Translations under genes and position numbers: made by a program
Assembly (NCBI GenBank): GCA_963717935.1
Contig: CAVQXP010000004.1
Coordinates: 736,001-800,000 of the forward strand
Source: Candidatus Eiseniibacteriota bacterium
GTDB lineage: Bacteria; Eisenbacteria; RBG-16-71-46
Length of the DNA stretch: 64,000 nucleotides
Direction: 5' to 3'
In this document: positions 63,472 through 64,000 of the stretch, in pieces
Position numbering within the stretch: position 1 is the stretch's first letter
How the letters are laid out: each line of letters begins with the position of its first letter
The notes under the pieces: model-generated
The model's database searches: none
The model's input: the letters and a program-made list of their open reading frames with translations, nothing else
What the model was told of the DNA's origin: nothing

Positions 63472-64000
63472 ATGCCCCTCCGACTGCGAACCCTGTCCCC
63501 TGCCCTGTCGCTCCTGCTGGTCCTGGCGGTGCCGTGCGCCGCACCGGCGGCTGCGCCGCGTGTCGCGACATTCGTCTTCCGGGGTGGTGTCGCAGAGCCG
63601 GGCGGCAAGCCCGTCCGGGGTGCGAACGTCCTGCTCCAGGGCCTGATCGAGCCCGCGGCGGCGACCGACGCCGAGGGCCGCTTCTCCTTCTCCTACGTGG
63701 TGCCGGACGTGGATGCGCTCGCGGCGGCGCCCCTGCGGCTCGTCCTGCGCGCGAGCCACAGGGGCTGGAACCTCGCCCTGCCGACGGGGGAGAGCTCGCT
63801 CGCGGTCGAGTTGCGGCTCGTCCGCCCGGCGGACGGGAGCGCGCGGCTGGAAGTGCGGTCGAACGACGCCGGGGTGGCGGGAAGGGTGGCCGCGTCGCTC
63901 GGCGTGCCCGGCGACGTGACGGTGGCGCTGAGCGGCGAATTCATGCGGCGGCTGGGCGCCGAGGATCGGTCGGAGCCGGTGCTGGGCGCGCTCGAGATCG
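63472..64000 (+). CDS. Exported protein with carboxypeptidase-regulatory-like domain (3' truncated by the window edge)
   Basis: MPLRLRTLSPALSLLLVLAVPCAA signal; GKPVRGANVLL...TDAEGRFSF; frame open to the window end. Confidence 0.7.
   Translation, partial: MPLRLRTLSPALSLLLVLAVPCAAPAAAPRVATFVFRGGVAEPGGKPVRGANVLLQGLIEPAAATDAEGRFSFSYVVPDVDALAAAPLRLVLRASHRGWNLALPTGESSLAVELRLVRPADGSARLEVRSNDAGVAGRVAASLGVPGDVTVALSGEFMRRLGAEDRSEPVLGALEI

Overview
A very GC-rich bacterial chromosomal segment from a diderm (it encodes OmpA and beta-barrel proteins and a lipoprotein). The gene content suggests the FCB or Candidatus Eisenbacteria neighbourhood, but that is inference only. There are about 52 coding regions, one tRNA (CAT anticodon), and no CRISPR array, rRNA, integrase or transposase. 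Housekeeping blocks are fadI-fadJ-like beta-oxidation, tRNA-tilS-hpt-ftsH, folP-cdaA, secD-secF, guaB, an NTase-like/TPM/lemA trio, a ferredoxin, an M20 peptidase and a Kef-type antiporter. Many genes between ~14.6 and ~40.3 kb carry single-base frameshifts, including near-essential ones, which most likely reflects long-read or assembly error. The most interesting candidates are: (1) a glutamate dehydrogenase operon with two PEP-synthase-like ATP-grasp proteins lacking the pyruvate domain, one fused to a GAF-like sensor and a minimal nucleotidyltransferase; (2) an intact three-gene chemosensory-like operon whose MCP, CheA and HD-GYP catalytic motifs are eroded; (3) palindromic operators before a DUF134/NifX pair and before an orphan outer-membrane gene; (4) a perfect 30-bp inverted repeat between divergent promoters; (5) an ECF-sigma stress island with a 1004-aa OmpA protein carrying 26 tandem pentapeptides.
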